Positions 25,701 through 38,269 are shown, numbered from the stretch's first letter. The stretch is DNA of 49,662 bases from Chara braunii (GCA_003427395.1 BFEA01000005.1:7999609-8049270), one strand, 5' to 3'. Made by a program: numbers and translations. Notes: a model not told the origin generated them from the letters alone.

Positions 25701-25897
25701 CATCAAGAGGAACAGTTTACACCAAACCATTCACCTCGGACCTTGTATTTCCGTCTAGAGTCCGGGTTAATGCACGTGTAGCTCTGGTTGGAGAAGATGA
25801 TGTTCATATAGCTGAGGGAGCCGTGGATAGTGTCAGCGCAGAAATTTCTGAAGGAGCCGAGAATACTGTTTCATCAAGGGCAAGATTCAGAGCCTGA
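22702..25897 (+). pseudogene. Degenerate DUF7869-type DDD transposase (Sola-like), with C-terminal beta-rich domain
   Basis: Reading through stops gives ...SESTFYAIWSKHF...FTKCALC..., LCLIIDGMDQ (D at 23852), LHIQADNCWKENK and MIVGRTHTDVDATF, then PFLVGQA...VKVQYWIP. In-frame stops at 23257, 23581, 23894, 24467 and others, frameshifts near 23730 and 25420, and an AT-rich insertion at ~24764-25260. Family assignment is from remembered motif patterns. The 5' boundary is uncertain. Confidence 0.85.
24764..25260. mobile_element. AT-rich foldback/MITE-like insertion in the transposase
   Basis: Internal ~53-bp inverted repeat (24916-24969 vs 25031-25083). Outer CAACAAAAA..TTC / GAATTTTTCTGTTG. Coding-like sequence on both sides. 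TSD not resolved. Confidence 0.6.
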
Positions 25898-27394
25898 GGT
25901 GACATTACGGCGATCGAAAGACCACCATGTCCAAGGTCGAAAATCGATCTGGAACTCTTTCTGATGTGAAGCACGTAATCGAGAGAACACACATCATTAG
26001 AAGATAGTTTAAACCTTAGCTACTAGTATGGTTGAAACTTCGATCAATCAATCACTTCAGTAAAATATTATTGTAACTTTTATCATGTGCAGCGTGCGGG
26101 TTTAAATCATTTTGAAGGGGATGGCGGAAAATGTGGCAGTCACTAAAATTAAAGTGTTCGAACGGCTGACGATCATCACAAAGGGATGAGAGTTTCCGTT
26201 TCAATATGAGAAAATATGCAAATGTGAAGCGGGAGAACGAAAAATGTTTGTCATCATGGTGAAATTTAGAGATCTATACTGTTTGGACGTACAAATATAT
26301 GAGCGTCAAGGAGAAAACTGGAGGCATGAAGATTTTACAAAAGTTCATCTATGAGCTGCAGATGTGCTTTTGTCCACGAGACGAGCTATACTCAATGATG
26401 GGAGACCCCTTGCCAGTTTTTCGGTTTTCATTATGGAGTTTGAAGGTCTGCCTCAGCCTCCACTTTCGAGTCGCATGGTAGACGGTTCAACATGGGAACC
26501 GTTAGTGAACACTCTGCGAAGAGGCTTCTTCTGATCATTTCGACTTTTTGACACTTTGAGTATTGAGTTTGAATGTCACATTAGTTAAAATTTTTATAGT
26601 ATAAGATGTTGAGGGTTTTTTATTCATGCTAGGTCCTAGTCTTGCAAACTATTTGGTTAGGTAAAAGTTTGTCTTGGTTTGAAAAATATAGTTGAGTTTT
26701 ATATCTTAGATACTATAAGTCTTAGTTTTATTTGGATAACACATTACACACTGGTTTCATCTACCTTCTGGGTCATATAAAATTTTTGGAGTACCACCTT
26801 CTTATTGAAAACTTTTGAAGTAACTGTTGTTAGTTTTCAAATTGTCAATTGTCTTAAGAAGGATTATGTATCTTGTTATTGAAAAATTTTGAAGTTTTTG
26901 TAATTATTACAAATTTATAATATGTGGACAAGGTAAACCGATCAATTTTTTGTTTTTAGTTTTCTTGCTTCAAGTTATCACAAGCTCAACTTGTCAATTG
27001 TCTTGAGAATGATTGTGTAGTACTGTATCAATTATAGTAGTGACTTTTAATGTATTCAATGACATGAAATTTCGACCGGAAGCCTGACGAAGTTTAAGTT
27101 TTTTTGCTTGTCACGAGTTAATATCGTGAGTTGAACTTGTCAATGGTCTTGAGGATATTTAATTAATAATGAACTGTAGTGACTCTTGATGTGTTCATTC
27201 AACCGAAATTTTGTATAATCGCATCAAACCTTGAAATAAATTCATTCAACAAATTTATAATAATAATTACAATATTTGCATGCAACGTTACAATATTGAG
27301 CAACCAAAGTTTCTAATTGAATTGAAAGACAAACTTTAACCCTTATGGTTCGATCACTTCATAGAGTAACATACAACCATGACGGCAAGTTTAA

Positions 27395-27970
27395 GTTACA
27401 CAGTGTCACCTAGACTGATAGTTAGTACTATCATGTTAATTTTATGATGTATCCTCTGTATATTAATTACACAATGTCATGAAATCTGATGCAATTATAT
27501 AGAGGATACATCCTAATAAAAACATGGTAGTACTTAGTCTAAGTTTAAGACTAGATACTGTTACAGTAACAGTGACCTAGATTGATACTTAGTATGACAT
27601 TGTTCATGAAATCCGAATAAAAACATGATCGTACTTAGTCAAAGTCTAAGAATCGGTACTGTAACAGTTACAGTAACAGTGACCTAGACTGATACTTAGT
27701 ATGACATTGTTCAGTAAACTTTAATAAACATAATTGTGGTATGATCACTCCTCGACCATATTACTAAGAGGGATTATATACAACCATCATGATCATAGCA
27801 ACAATTATTTGATAATGTTACACAGTGTCACATAAACTGATACTTAGTACAGTTACCGTAACTATGTTCATAAAATCGAAATCGGATATAATAATTTATA
27901 TAGAGGATACATCCTAAACAATGTCATGATCATATTAGTACTTAGTCTTAGACTAGGACTGATACTGTAA
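27395..27970. repeat. AT-rich short-repeat cluster (GACCTAGACTGATACTTAGTA; TATAGAGGATACATCCTAA)
   Basis: Several direct copies of 20-100-bp modules. GGATACATCC at 27504 and 27905. Confidence 0.7.
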
Positions 27971-30900
27971 TTATTATAGTGACTATCTCCCTAAGACTTT
28001 AACGTAAGTCTTAAACCACTAGTTACAATTTCCTTTTATGATAATTTTTGTAGAGGAATCCGATACAATCGAGGTGTTGAGCGTGTTCAATCACATGACT
28101 TACACAACTTGACCTCGAAAGATTTTATTACTTGTCGGGAGAGGGTTTATTATTTTATATGGTTGTTGAAAGCTATTTAAGGTTACATATTGTCTAAAAA
28201 AGTACTATTTGAAAAATAATGTACTATTTTAACGAATAATATGTTGAGTCCCCAACTTTTTCTTTACAATAATAGTAATAACAACAATGTGAAAATGAAC
28301 TAAATCCAATACCTTAATCTCCTCCTTAGTGTGGGCTGCTCTTCATGTCCAACATTCCCCTACTAGGGTAAGTAGGTGGCTATGGTAGACTAACCGACCG
28401 TGCTCCAATGTTCAAACTACAACTGAAAAATAAATTAAATGTCCTACTACAATGGTTGCCATGCCTCACACTCCGAAGTCTTACTTGAAGAAGTCAATCC
28501 CAACCATGACCTTCAAGATGCAGTGGCCACCAAGAAGATAAAGATACAAAACACGATAGTCATGCTATGTATCAAACCTTTCCTTACTGTGCTGCTCCAA
28601 GCACAGCAGCTCCCCGCTCAATTTGTACCTTCCTTGGCTTGCGGCCAGGTTCGTGCCCATCCCCTTGCTTCTTTCCCTAATCACACAATCCATTGAAAAA
28701 ACTCAGAAAATAACAGAGGTCTCAACTTGTGAAATCGCAGCTCGTTGCAAATAGAAAAACAAATTAAAAAAAAAATGAGAAATGGTCCATAAAATAAAAT
28801 TGAGTTTTTTTGTAGGAAAATTGACCTAAAAAAATCATTAAAAGAAAATATTTTTTTGCCTTGAATTTGCATATATTTGTCCGGTGTGAAAATTTGACCC
28901 ACTACAATATTATTAAAAAAAAAAAAGATCCCTCCTCTTATTGTTGCCTAAGTACCTAGGGCATGTCACTGTACAAGCATGTCACAGCAACTTGGTGACT
29001 TAGACCAGATGACTTTCGTGGCCTACCTTTGGCATTATTGCTGGTTAGGTTGGTTTCGAAATTTGACAATACTTAATAATAAGTTTTTCACGTTTTTGTT
29101 TTATATGTACAAGGACATTGAACCAGATGAACGAGTTTTTTATGAACTGATTCATCCCGTAAGTCGAGAAACATGTTTTCATGTGGTATGAGTTTAATCA
29201 AACGATTTTTCAGGAGGTCATTTAAGTTCTGATTGGACTGAGAAATTTCAGCTGCATACCAAAAATCTATCTATCTCTTGATGTTTATAATTACTCCATT
29301 TTGCTTCCTTACGAAGATTCATTGCTTTGCTCGTTTTAGGGTTTATAGTAGATACGTGTCTTAAAGAAGTTGAGTATTATTCGTTTGTTTACAGATGCTT
29401 CTCTGACATAGCTTTGTATCTGTCTATGCTATTAATCATGATTACGCTAGACCACCTACTGTAGCAGGTGCAAAAGTTGGTACACCTGTCGCACCGGCCG
29501 CTCAACCAGTGAGCAAGTTGATTTGGTACTGCTCAATCGGTAATGACCGATTGTTTGACACTAGTTAAACATAATCACTCAAATATAGAACTTCAAGAAA
29601 ATACGCGGCACCTTCGAAAATGGTATTCCAATATCCCTTAGGTCTAACATATGCTGTAGCTAGACAAGCAACTCTGTTGGGAACCTAATAGATATCAACT
29701 TAGCTACGTCCCATAACGAATCTTTTATGGATTCACTCCTCCCACCCCACCAACTTAACATCTTCACTTAGCCACTCATCTCAGCCCAAAGCCACCTATC
29801 TGACCCAGCATAAAAAACTCACCCCTCCTCTCCGCCCACTAACACCCCTCTAGTCTCAACTACAACCTTTAAGCAATGCTAAGACATTATGATAAAAACA
29901 TATCCTGTAGAATAAAAGTATGAGACCATCGAGGGTCCAGAGTGTCAGCTGACCATGAAGAAAACGTAGTGTGTCAGGAGATTAACAATAAATTATGGGC
30001 GGAAGCCCCCCAAGGCCTTACAATTTTAGCATCCCAACTACCTTACAAAACTAGTGTGACAGTTGAACAAAGATCGACTAGGGTTAGGGTTTTAGAAAGG
30101 ATGACAACAACTAAGATTCAAAGGATTTGGAGTTTTAACAAAGTCTACTGGAAGGGACCAAACACTTAAGAAATTGAGAGGAACAGGTTGGGCGGGGCAG
30201 AAGTAGGCAATCCACAAGTACCAAAGCAAAGGAGTCAAAGTAATCCGGATATTTGAACCGCACACTGGACCCCGCATAACTACACTTACACCCAGTGATA
30301 AATTGTCCCAACTCTTGTGAATGATCTAGTCATCCTACTGACATTTAGTATCCTTTATTAGCAGTTTTCTTCAAACTCCAGAATGTTACCTACCAACTCC
30401 GGTGGGTTTCTCTCGAGCTTGTAGTGTGCCTTCACGACTGGATTTATCTTTGTTTCTCTGCATGTTGTAGTGTTCCTTCGAGAATACTATTATCCAGATT
30501 CACTTATCTATGCAGTGCAACCTCTTATCCTTTCACATCAGTGACTATTATTTTTTTTAATGACACTATCTTTATGGTCAGCTAAAACACGATCTTTTGC
30601 AAACGTAATTATGGTTTTAGAACTAAATTAATATTAGTCTTAGTGATGTTCAGATTTGCGTTTCCTTGTGTTCAATTTTTTGCTGATTACTATCAATTGG
30701 TTTCTTCTTCCAGAACACATAGTGTCACTTATATTTTGACCTTGAAATCCCAAGGCATTTGAATGAAGGGAAAAATGGTGATGCGATGGTGGACTCCTTA
30801 TTAATGGTCACTTCAATTCTTCTAGCTTCAGAGTTTCAAAATGTTGATCAACAAAAAGTCTCTGGATACTTGAAACTGACTCGACAAGGGAGGACAAGTT

Positions 30901-33747
30901 CTCTAGGGATTTGCTGATAAAAAATGCACCTGGGTTGCTATTTCGAAATAATGAACAGATGTTGCATTTTGTGTCAAAGGTAAAAATGACCATGACTCTT
31001 GTACCATATTGTTCCTGTCACATATTGATTTGAGGCATGTAAGATAATTGTTTTGCCATTTTGCTCATTTTTTATATCGTTTTGTCTCAAGCAAATGCGA
31101 GATTGTTGTTGTTTCATGACCCATCTTTTTTTTTTTATGATCCATAGTGTTTCAATTCAAGTTCTTCCCTTTGTCAATGATACTACCCCTGAGCAGGCCA
31201 CCTCCTTAAATAACACTCTGATCGTTCCTTCTCAGTTTATTGTTGTGTGAACTGTATAAAAAACTAGTAGAAGCATATCTCTACTCCTATTGCTTAAAGT
31301 TATACTAGCCTAACATCTATTATACATTGAACCATCCGTAATTCCAAAAAGTCTAGTTGTGCGAGGAGCAAAGTGGTGCAATGTTTTCTTTCATATTAAT
31401 TTATTCATGTACAGTAGGTTTGTTCATTGTAGGTCATCCTCACCCGTGTACGGATGCAGTTTCGTGAAGTACTGGTGGTTTAAAAAGGATGGCCTACACG
31501 TACACTGCGAAGTAAGACTAATGAATATTTGTTTGTTTGTGGCAAAAGAATTGTTCGCATATTGACCTGCACAATGCAAAGTTTCAAGTGTATCGTGAAT
31601 TTTTTGTTGAAATACAAAGAGGAAGGAAATTGTTCATTGATCATTCGGTCTAGAAGTGGAACAATTGATGAGGCTGACATTTTCAGCCAAGTAAGATCTT
31701 CACTCACATTTGAAGCGGACAGGTCGTTTTGAGACCCCTGTGTTTACGGTATGTTTTCGAACCAATGCTATAAAACTCGTTGGTTGAAGGGTAAATGATG
31801 GGCTCTGCAATTGAGTTCTACTGCATCATTGGCCTAATGACATAAAAGGAGATTAGTTGCTCACCACCAATTGTGGCCAATTCATTGGATATTTGAACGA
31901 GTTTTACGTCGTAAGGATAAAATAGTCGTTTCGGTGTAGATCAGTTTGATCTTTTGTGATGTACGTCGTAGATATTATATACTGGATTGTTTCTATTAGA
32001 GCTCTGACAGTGCGTGAATGTCAGATACGAGAATATAGGTTGTATTGTTTTGTTATTTAAAAAAAAGTCAAGAGTGAACGCGGCTTGATTACTCGCCAAA
32101 TGTGACATTGGTGAGTGATGCAGCTAGCCGCAAGTAAATGTCATTGCAAAGCGGGGGTCTGTGGTCCTCGCTCAACTTTACGATACTCTTTATGTATGTG
32201 GATGTCGAAATTATCCAGATACATCGAAAACATTGTCCCACTAGTCGAGAAAAATGTTCAAATCCCTACATTTTAAAAATCACTTCTTTGGGAAATCTAA
32301 AATCGTGGTTGTCTGCAGTCCTGCAGGGCCGCCTGACCAGAGCATCGCACGATCCTTATCTGGACCGTTAGTGGCCCTAATAGACGATGGCCACGATAGT
32401 CGTCAGAGGTGGACATCAAGAGTCGAGAGGATGGATTTGGCGTCAGGTACTAGAGTGGCAGAAAAAATGTGGATGGCCTGAAGGAAGAGTCAGGTAGATA
32501 GCAGAAATGTGAATAGAAGGTGTGAGGGAGAAGTAGATAGATAACAACAGGGAGGAGGTAAATAAATGGCAAGAGGGAGCAGATACATAGATGCATAGAG
32601 GGAGGAGCAGTAGGGGCTGGAAGAGGAGAGGAAAGAGGGATATGGGCCGAAGTAGGATTCAGGTAGATAGTGGAAAGGGGAAGAGATGGCATGAGGAAAA
32701 AGGTACGTGAATGACGAGAAGGGAGGTAAATCACAACAAATGTGTTTTTGCCTACTACCATATGCTTTGTCTTTCATTTGAATGCTCCAACACTTCACAC
32801 TGTGTAAGTTAACTTTTGACGTCCGTTTCATTAAGTGTACAAGTAAGAGCTAATATTTTCTGCATTTCTCATGTTGTACATGTTGATTTGATGAAACAAG
32901 TGTTCATTTCAACAAACATTCAGTCTGGTTCGAGCGAAATACCAAGACCGGCGAGTCTTTTTTTCCCCGCCCCTCGTTTTTGCATTTACTTTTCTTATAA
33001 ACATTAATGTATGTCTTGAAATACTCTACAATTTTAGGTCATGTTGATTCCTTTGATGAACTTTCAGTCTTTGATTTCACAGTTGCTTGATTCTTTTCTT
33101 ATGTATCTTAACTTTGTTGTAAGTTGCCACTTTAGACGTCGATGATGCCCCCAAATGTCCGCGTTGTCCGAATAGACGACTGACCCAAACATCCGGCTAG
33201 GCCTAATGTCTGCCCCTAGGAAGACGGCGGGGAAGGTTATGAACTTTTTTAGGGGCTTGTTATTTTAAAATGATATCTCAATATTTATTTTTTAATATCA
33301 TGTGTTTGTGCTGTTCAGGGTCCTACCTGGAACAAGCCTGCCACAGACTACTCAGCAGTGGCCGACCAACTTTGATCTGTAGAGAAGAATCGATGATTCG
33401 CAGACCTTCCTCTTGTTTTTAGTGCGTTATGAACTACCAGTCTGGCTTGCCGATGAAACTTGTTCTAGAATCGTTTCCTATCCACAAGTATACAACCGTT
33501 GTTGCTCTTAGCGTTTTTAATGCTCTCTCCTCCGGAGTGCAAAGCGTATACACTGATGTTTTGCTTTTTTTTTTTTTTTTTTTTTTTTTTTTTCCTATTT
33601 TAATCTTGACAAAAACTCGATGGCTCTCGAAATTTCGGACTTTCTTTTCGGATTTGTGTTTTTTGCATTTTGCAGTAAGTAGGAATTTAGGAATTTAGGA
33701 CTTTCCTCCGGCCCTAATCAACAGATAAAATAAAAAATAAAAAATAA

Positions 33748-33785
<38 letters not shown>

Positions 33786-34630
33786 TATTTGTCCACACGA
33801 ACAAGGCCCGGAACACATTGGGAGTTCAACAGGCAGTCGATCAATTGGACAGTTTGTTTCAGAGTTCGTTAATGGTTATCCTGCAAGTAGCGTCCCTGTG
33901 AAGCTTCAGGCATCTTCGTTTCCACGACTTGATGATTTTGTTCTAGAACTTGCAAATCAACATCCGTTGCCTGATGAAACATGTAAGTTATAATGTTCCT
34001 ATAAATTTTTTTGAGCTTGTTTTTTCAAAGCTTTACTTCCGTGAGGCCTGAGAACATCGTGGAAACGGGGGCCCCTTATTTTGTTGAGGCTGGTTCCCTT
34101 GCTGTTGAATGCGTGTGTTGGCTACAAAGTGGTTTTAGACGTGCTCGATTTCTGAGGCCCAGGCTCGTGGGCAACTAATTGAGAAATTGGGCGAGTCTGA
34201 GACTGAGATTTACTCGGGCAGTTTCGTTTGTCAAGCGTTGAGCCTTGGAAGCAGCTTGAAACTGGGCCTGTGATTCAAATGCTGCGTTTATATGTGAAAC
34301 TACCGGGAACTTGGGACAGGCCGAGTGCAGGCTGGAGCCTCAACACATTTCATAAAGGCATCCTGGGCGCACACAGAGGCGCTGGCAGGCCGCCTGCTGC
34401 TGCAACAAAAGAGATGGTGATGGTTGTGGTTCCTTGACACGTAGAAGTGAGCTATCTTAAGACGAGGGGTGTGAGAGAGGAGAGAGAAAGAGAGAGAAGT
34501 CACATGGCTTTGTAGTGGAGGTCGACATTGGGCGACATTTGCACGTACTTCGACTTCAGGGCTCTATGTCTGGACAACGTTTACTTTGATAGAAAATAGG
34601 TTAACACAGCCCTATTTTTTTAGGATTCGG

Positions 34631-34631
<1 letters not shown>

Positions 34632-34678
<47 letters not shown>
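34632..34678. repeat. (AC)n microsatellite
   Basis: Perfect AC run. Confidence 0.95.
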
Positions 34679-34682
<4 letters not shown>

Positions 34683-34709
34683 TAAAGTGACAGTCCATAG
34701 AGTGGACGG

Positions 34710-35193
34710 CAAGGTTGCATCCCTGCCGACCGCCGACCTCAACCGCCAACCATATTGCAGTCAGCCAGTAGGGCAGACCGGTCGGTGGTCTGCCGACCAG
34801 TCAGAAAACAACCATCCACTTATTTTTTTTTAAATCTGAGTTGCGGGTTGGACTGCACTTGCTGAGTACAACCCAAATCCGCTGAGAAACTTTTGGGGAT
34901 GGGGGCCCGTATGGGGGGGATGGGGTTGGAGTAGGGGGGGGGTATAAGAGGGATATAGGGGGTGTTGGGAGGGGTAATGAGGGTGTTGGGGGGTTGTATG
35001 GGGGTATTGAGGGCTGCCATGGAGGTGTTGGTGGTGTTATTAGGGGTTCTGGACCCCCATTGTTTTTTTTTTTTTTTTTTTTTTTTTTCGGGGTGCTGAC
35101 GAACCCCGACCAGTAGGTGCCGACCACCCGATCGGTCGGCGAGTCGGCAGCCGACTTGTCAAGGGCCTCCGACCATTGGGGGGTGCAACACTG
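34710..35193. mobile_element. hAT-like MITE in a PrimPol intron
   Basis: TIR CAAGGTTGCATCCC / GGGTGCAACACTG. 8-bp flanks GTGGACGG / GTGGACAC match at 6 of 8. Many subterminal CCGAC/GTCGG motifs. Confidence 0.7.
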
Positions 35194-36336
35194 GTGGACA
35201 CCAAATAAACCAACAGCGAAAAAATAAAGAAAACAAAATAATGAAATTGATAAAAGAGGCCTTAAACCCCGAGGCAAAAGTGTGTTTTCATGCAAAATTC
35301 ACTTTTTTCATTTGTCAGGATTTTCAGGATTTTTCACGGCTAGCCAAAACAGTCAACTCCAAGACCCCAACAAACATCAAACGTGGCACAACTTGTCAGT
35401 TTTTTTTTTTTTTTTTTGAATTAACAGGTACAATATATAACGTCACTTTGTACGCAAGTGAACACAATATCATTTATAGTATGAAGGAGACGAGATACCA
35501 CAGTCATGTGCAACGACAACACTTAAAGAATAACGGTGAGATGATTACGAAATTTATTGCATTTGTGCTATTGCTTTAGAAATTTGCTACTCTAATCAAA
35601 GCTCTGCTTTAAATGTAGGTGCAAATCTTTGGTTGCCTGGATGGTCAGATGTTTTTAATAATGGTAGTAATTCGTTATTTTTAACAATTGGACCAGGTGA
35701 TTCCGTAGTCCACCATGCAATAGCTTGAGAATTACATACTACCAATTTGATTTTAGTGATTTACCAGAAACGCAAGTTGAGTTAGTTGTAACGAAATGCC
35801 TGTCTTTACTAATATTTTTCTTTTTTTGTATGTGTTTCGTATTATGTGTTTTTTTTTATTTTTATTACAATTATGTATGTTGTGAATTGCAAAGCACGAA
35901 CATGTTACACTAAGTACTATGACTTTGCTTGCCAATGTAAGGTATTTGTTGACTTGGATGGAACAAAGACTATTAGTGTGTGACAGTACTCATGCTTGTT
36001 TCAGAGCATTGTATTAGCTTTTTGATATAGCTCATGTATGCTTATTCTTCCTTAAGCCTTCTGGTAATTGTAAAATTTGTATTATCAATGATGGGTTCCT
36101 TCCAATGGACATTGAGTATGAACTAATTGCTGTTTTTTTTTTTTTTTCAATACGTAAGTCTCAATGCTTGAGTATGTACCATAGTTGCAGCAACGCGGGG
36201 ATGGGCGGGGCGTAGTGCGTTGTGCGCTAGAATTCCTGCGCGCACACTGTGCGTTGTGCAGTGTGCAGTGCGCCGTGTGCGCGCTGTGGGTGGTGCATGA
36301 GGTGCGTGGAAAAACTTAAAATTTGGAAAAAAGCAA

Positions 36337-36614
36337 GGCTACGAGATGGGCCGCCCGGGTCACCCTATTTTCTCGGGCGGCCCAACAGTGCAAGGACTGG
36401 GAAAGGTCCCATGCAAAACAAAAAAAAATCAAAATTAAAAAAAAATAAATATATTATGCAAAAAATAAAATGAACAACTTTTGCCTAAGGGTCACATCGA
36501 AATTCTTTACCAAATTAAAAATAAAAAATTAAATTAAAAAATACTTTTTATTTTTTTATTTTTTGTTTCTTTTTGGCCCGGTCGGGCAAGTGGACCTGCT
36601 CCACTCTAGTAGCC
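36337..36614 (+). mobile_element. ~280-bp MITE with GGCTAC...GTAGCC ends, copy 2 (nested)
   Basis: Colinear with 3332-3615, e.g. GGGCCGCCCGGGTCACCCTATTTT and GGGTCACATCGAAATTCTTTACCAAA. Confidence 0.78.
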
Positions 36615-36666
36615 TAGGAAAAAAGTAATAAAAAAGGGAAAAAAACAGAACAAACCATTTATTCGT

Positions 36667-36792
<126 letters not shown>

Positions 36793-38269
36793 AAACGACC
36801 TCCTTTACATCAATTCAGGGCTCCCTGCACGTAACTCAAATAGCTCCAACAATGCACTTGGACATTGTGCAGCCATTGAGTACCGTCGCCTCAGCAAGCA
36901 GGATGACTGCATCATATATGAGAGAGGTGGGAGCAGACCACCAATATATTCAGTGGGTGTGAGTTCAGGTCTGTAGCTCGGGAGTGATGGGTCACCAATT
37001 CAGCTAGACCCTTGGGCCACTGTACGTATTCATAAGAAAAATGGAAAAAAAAACAGAAAAACGAGAGATCTATAGGCATCTTCATCCTGACCCATAACTG
37101 TCGACATGCAAACCTGAATGCCAATCGTCGGCATATATAAGTGGTCAGCTGAACCGCGCCATCTGCGAGACAGTGTGGGGCATGCCACAACTTGACAATT
37201 ACAACCTTCTTGCCATCTTCATCCTTTCCGGGTACTACGCGCGGGACACTCGCTGCATTTCCGAAAATGCGCAGATTGCAACCCCGCGGAGTTTGGGGAG
37301 TGTAGAAATGATTGGATTAGTGAAGGGAGAAGTAGGTGGTTCCCCCTGAAGAAGACAGTGTGGCGGCTGTCGGAATCGGTCGGGGTGCCATACCCACCGG
37401 CTATGTTCTTTCGGGTGTCAGACCCACCGGCTATGTTTCTTTGATTGTATTTGTATTTTGTAGTCTCGTGTCATGCTCTGCATGCACGCGACTGTGAAGT
37501 ACGAGTGGCTTTTGAACGTGTGACTCTCAGTGTGATTGTCTGCATTTTCATCTTCACTCCTTTCAGTTTTTAACTTTCTAACTCTAACTTCTTGCAAATT
37601 CGTCCTCCACAATGTGGGATTTGTAGAGGAAAGGGGTAGTCCACTTACCACACCCCGCCTAAAAAAGAAAACCGTAATGAGGCTCAATTAACCCTATTTT
37701 CGTAATCTATGATTTTAAATTTTTTTTAAAGGCCCTGCAGTATTCAATTTTCGGCAGTCCTTGCCCCACCAAAAAAATTAAGGTCAAGGACACAGATAGC
37801 CTCCAAACTTGCGCGATGGGTTGAACATTTTTTCCTTTGGGGGTGTCGTATAAAATTACGAAACCACTTTTTTTTTTCTTTTTTTTTTTACCTGAAATTT
37901 TCTAGTGTGCTACGTGTGGTGCGATGCGCAGTCCACTGCGCATGGTGTGCTGCGTGTGTGCAAATTCACGTTCCAAGGTGCGCCGCAACTACGGTATGTA
38001 CTAATTGCTGTTTTTTTTTTTTTAAATCTGTATTCTCAATGTTTGGTTTCATCTACATTTAGCCTTTCTCTCTAGGGTTAGCCTCCAGTGTCATTTTTCT
38101 GCATCTGACGAAGCACTGTGTAAATCCTATGTATTTATTTTCTGTTTCTATTTTTTTTTGTTTTCATGCAGATATTGTTTCAAACAAAGTCAATGTTCGT
38201 CCTCACTGTTTCGACTTATTTCTAGATGTTGAGTTTATCACTTGCTTTTCTTATCTTTTTTTTTTTAAT

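Larger units (their letters stand above)
29114..35740 (+). pseudogene. PRIMPOL: Spliced, divergent PrimPol (CCDC111-like DNA primase-polymerase) pseudogene
   Basis: Exons recognised by translation: 29114-29158 DIEPDERVFYELIHP; 30714-30979 NT*CHLYFDLEIPRHLNEGKNGDAMVDSLL.../WILETDSTREDKFSRDLLI...FRNNEQMLHFVSK; ~31560-31748 LFIDHSV*KWN/LMRLTFSAK*...RTGRFE; 33787-33982 ...SSFPRLDDFVLELA...; 35428-35535 TIYNVTLYASEHNIIYSMKETRYHSHVQRQHLKNN; probable further exon from 35619. The order and motifs match plant PrimPol as I recall it (YEVI, CHLYFDLE, GKNGDEMVD, KFSRH, LFVD..VY, SPFPALD.F, YSMSRNRYC...H). GT/AG sites have compatible phases at 29158/30714, 33982/35428 and 35535/35619. Contains stops and frameshifts. 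Confidence 0.88.

Noticed and set aside
28979-29191. ORF 28979..29191 as a standalone gene
   Set aside because: Its recognisable part is the PrimPol exon 29114-29158. The upstream part may hold another exon, but the splice phase could not be reconciled.
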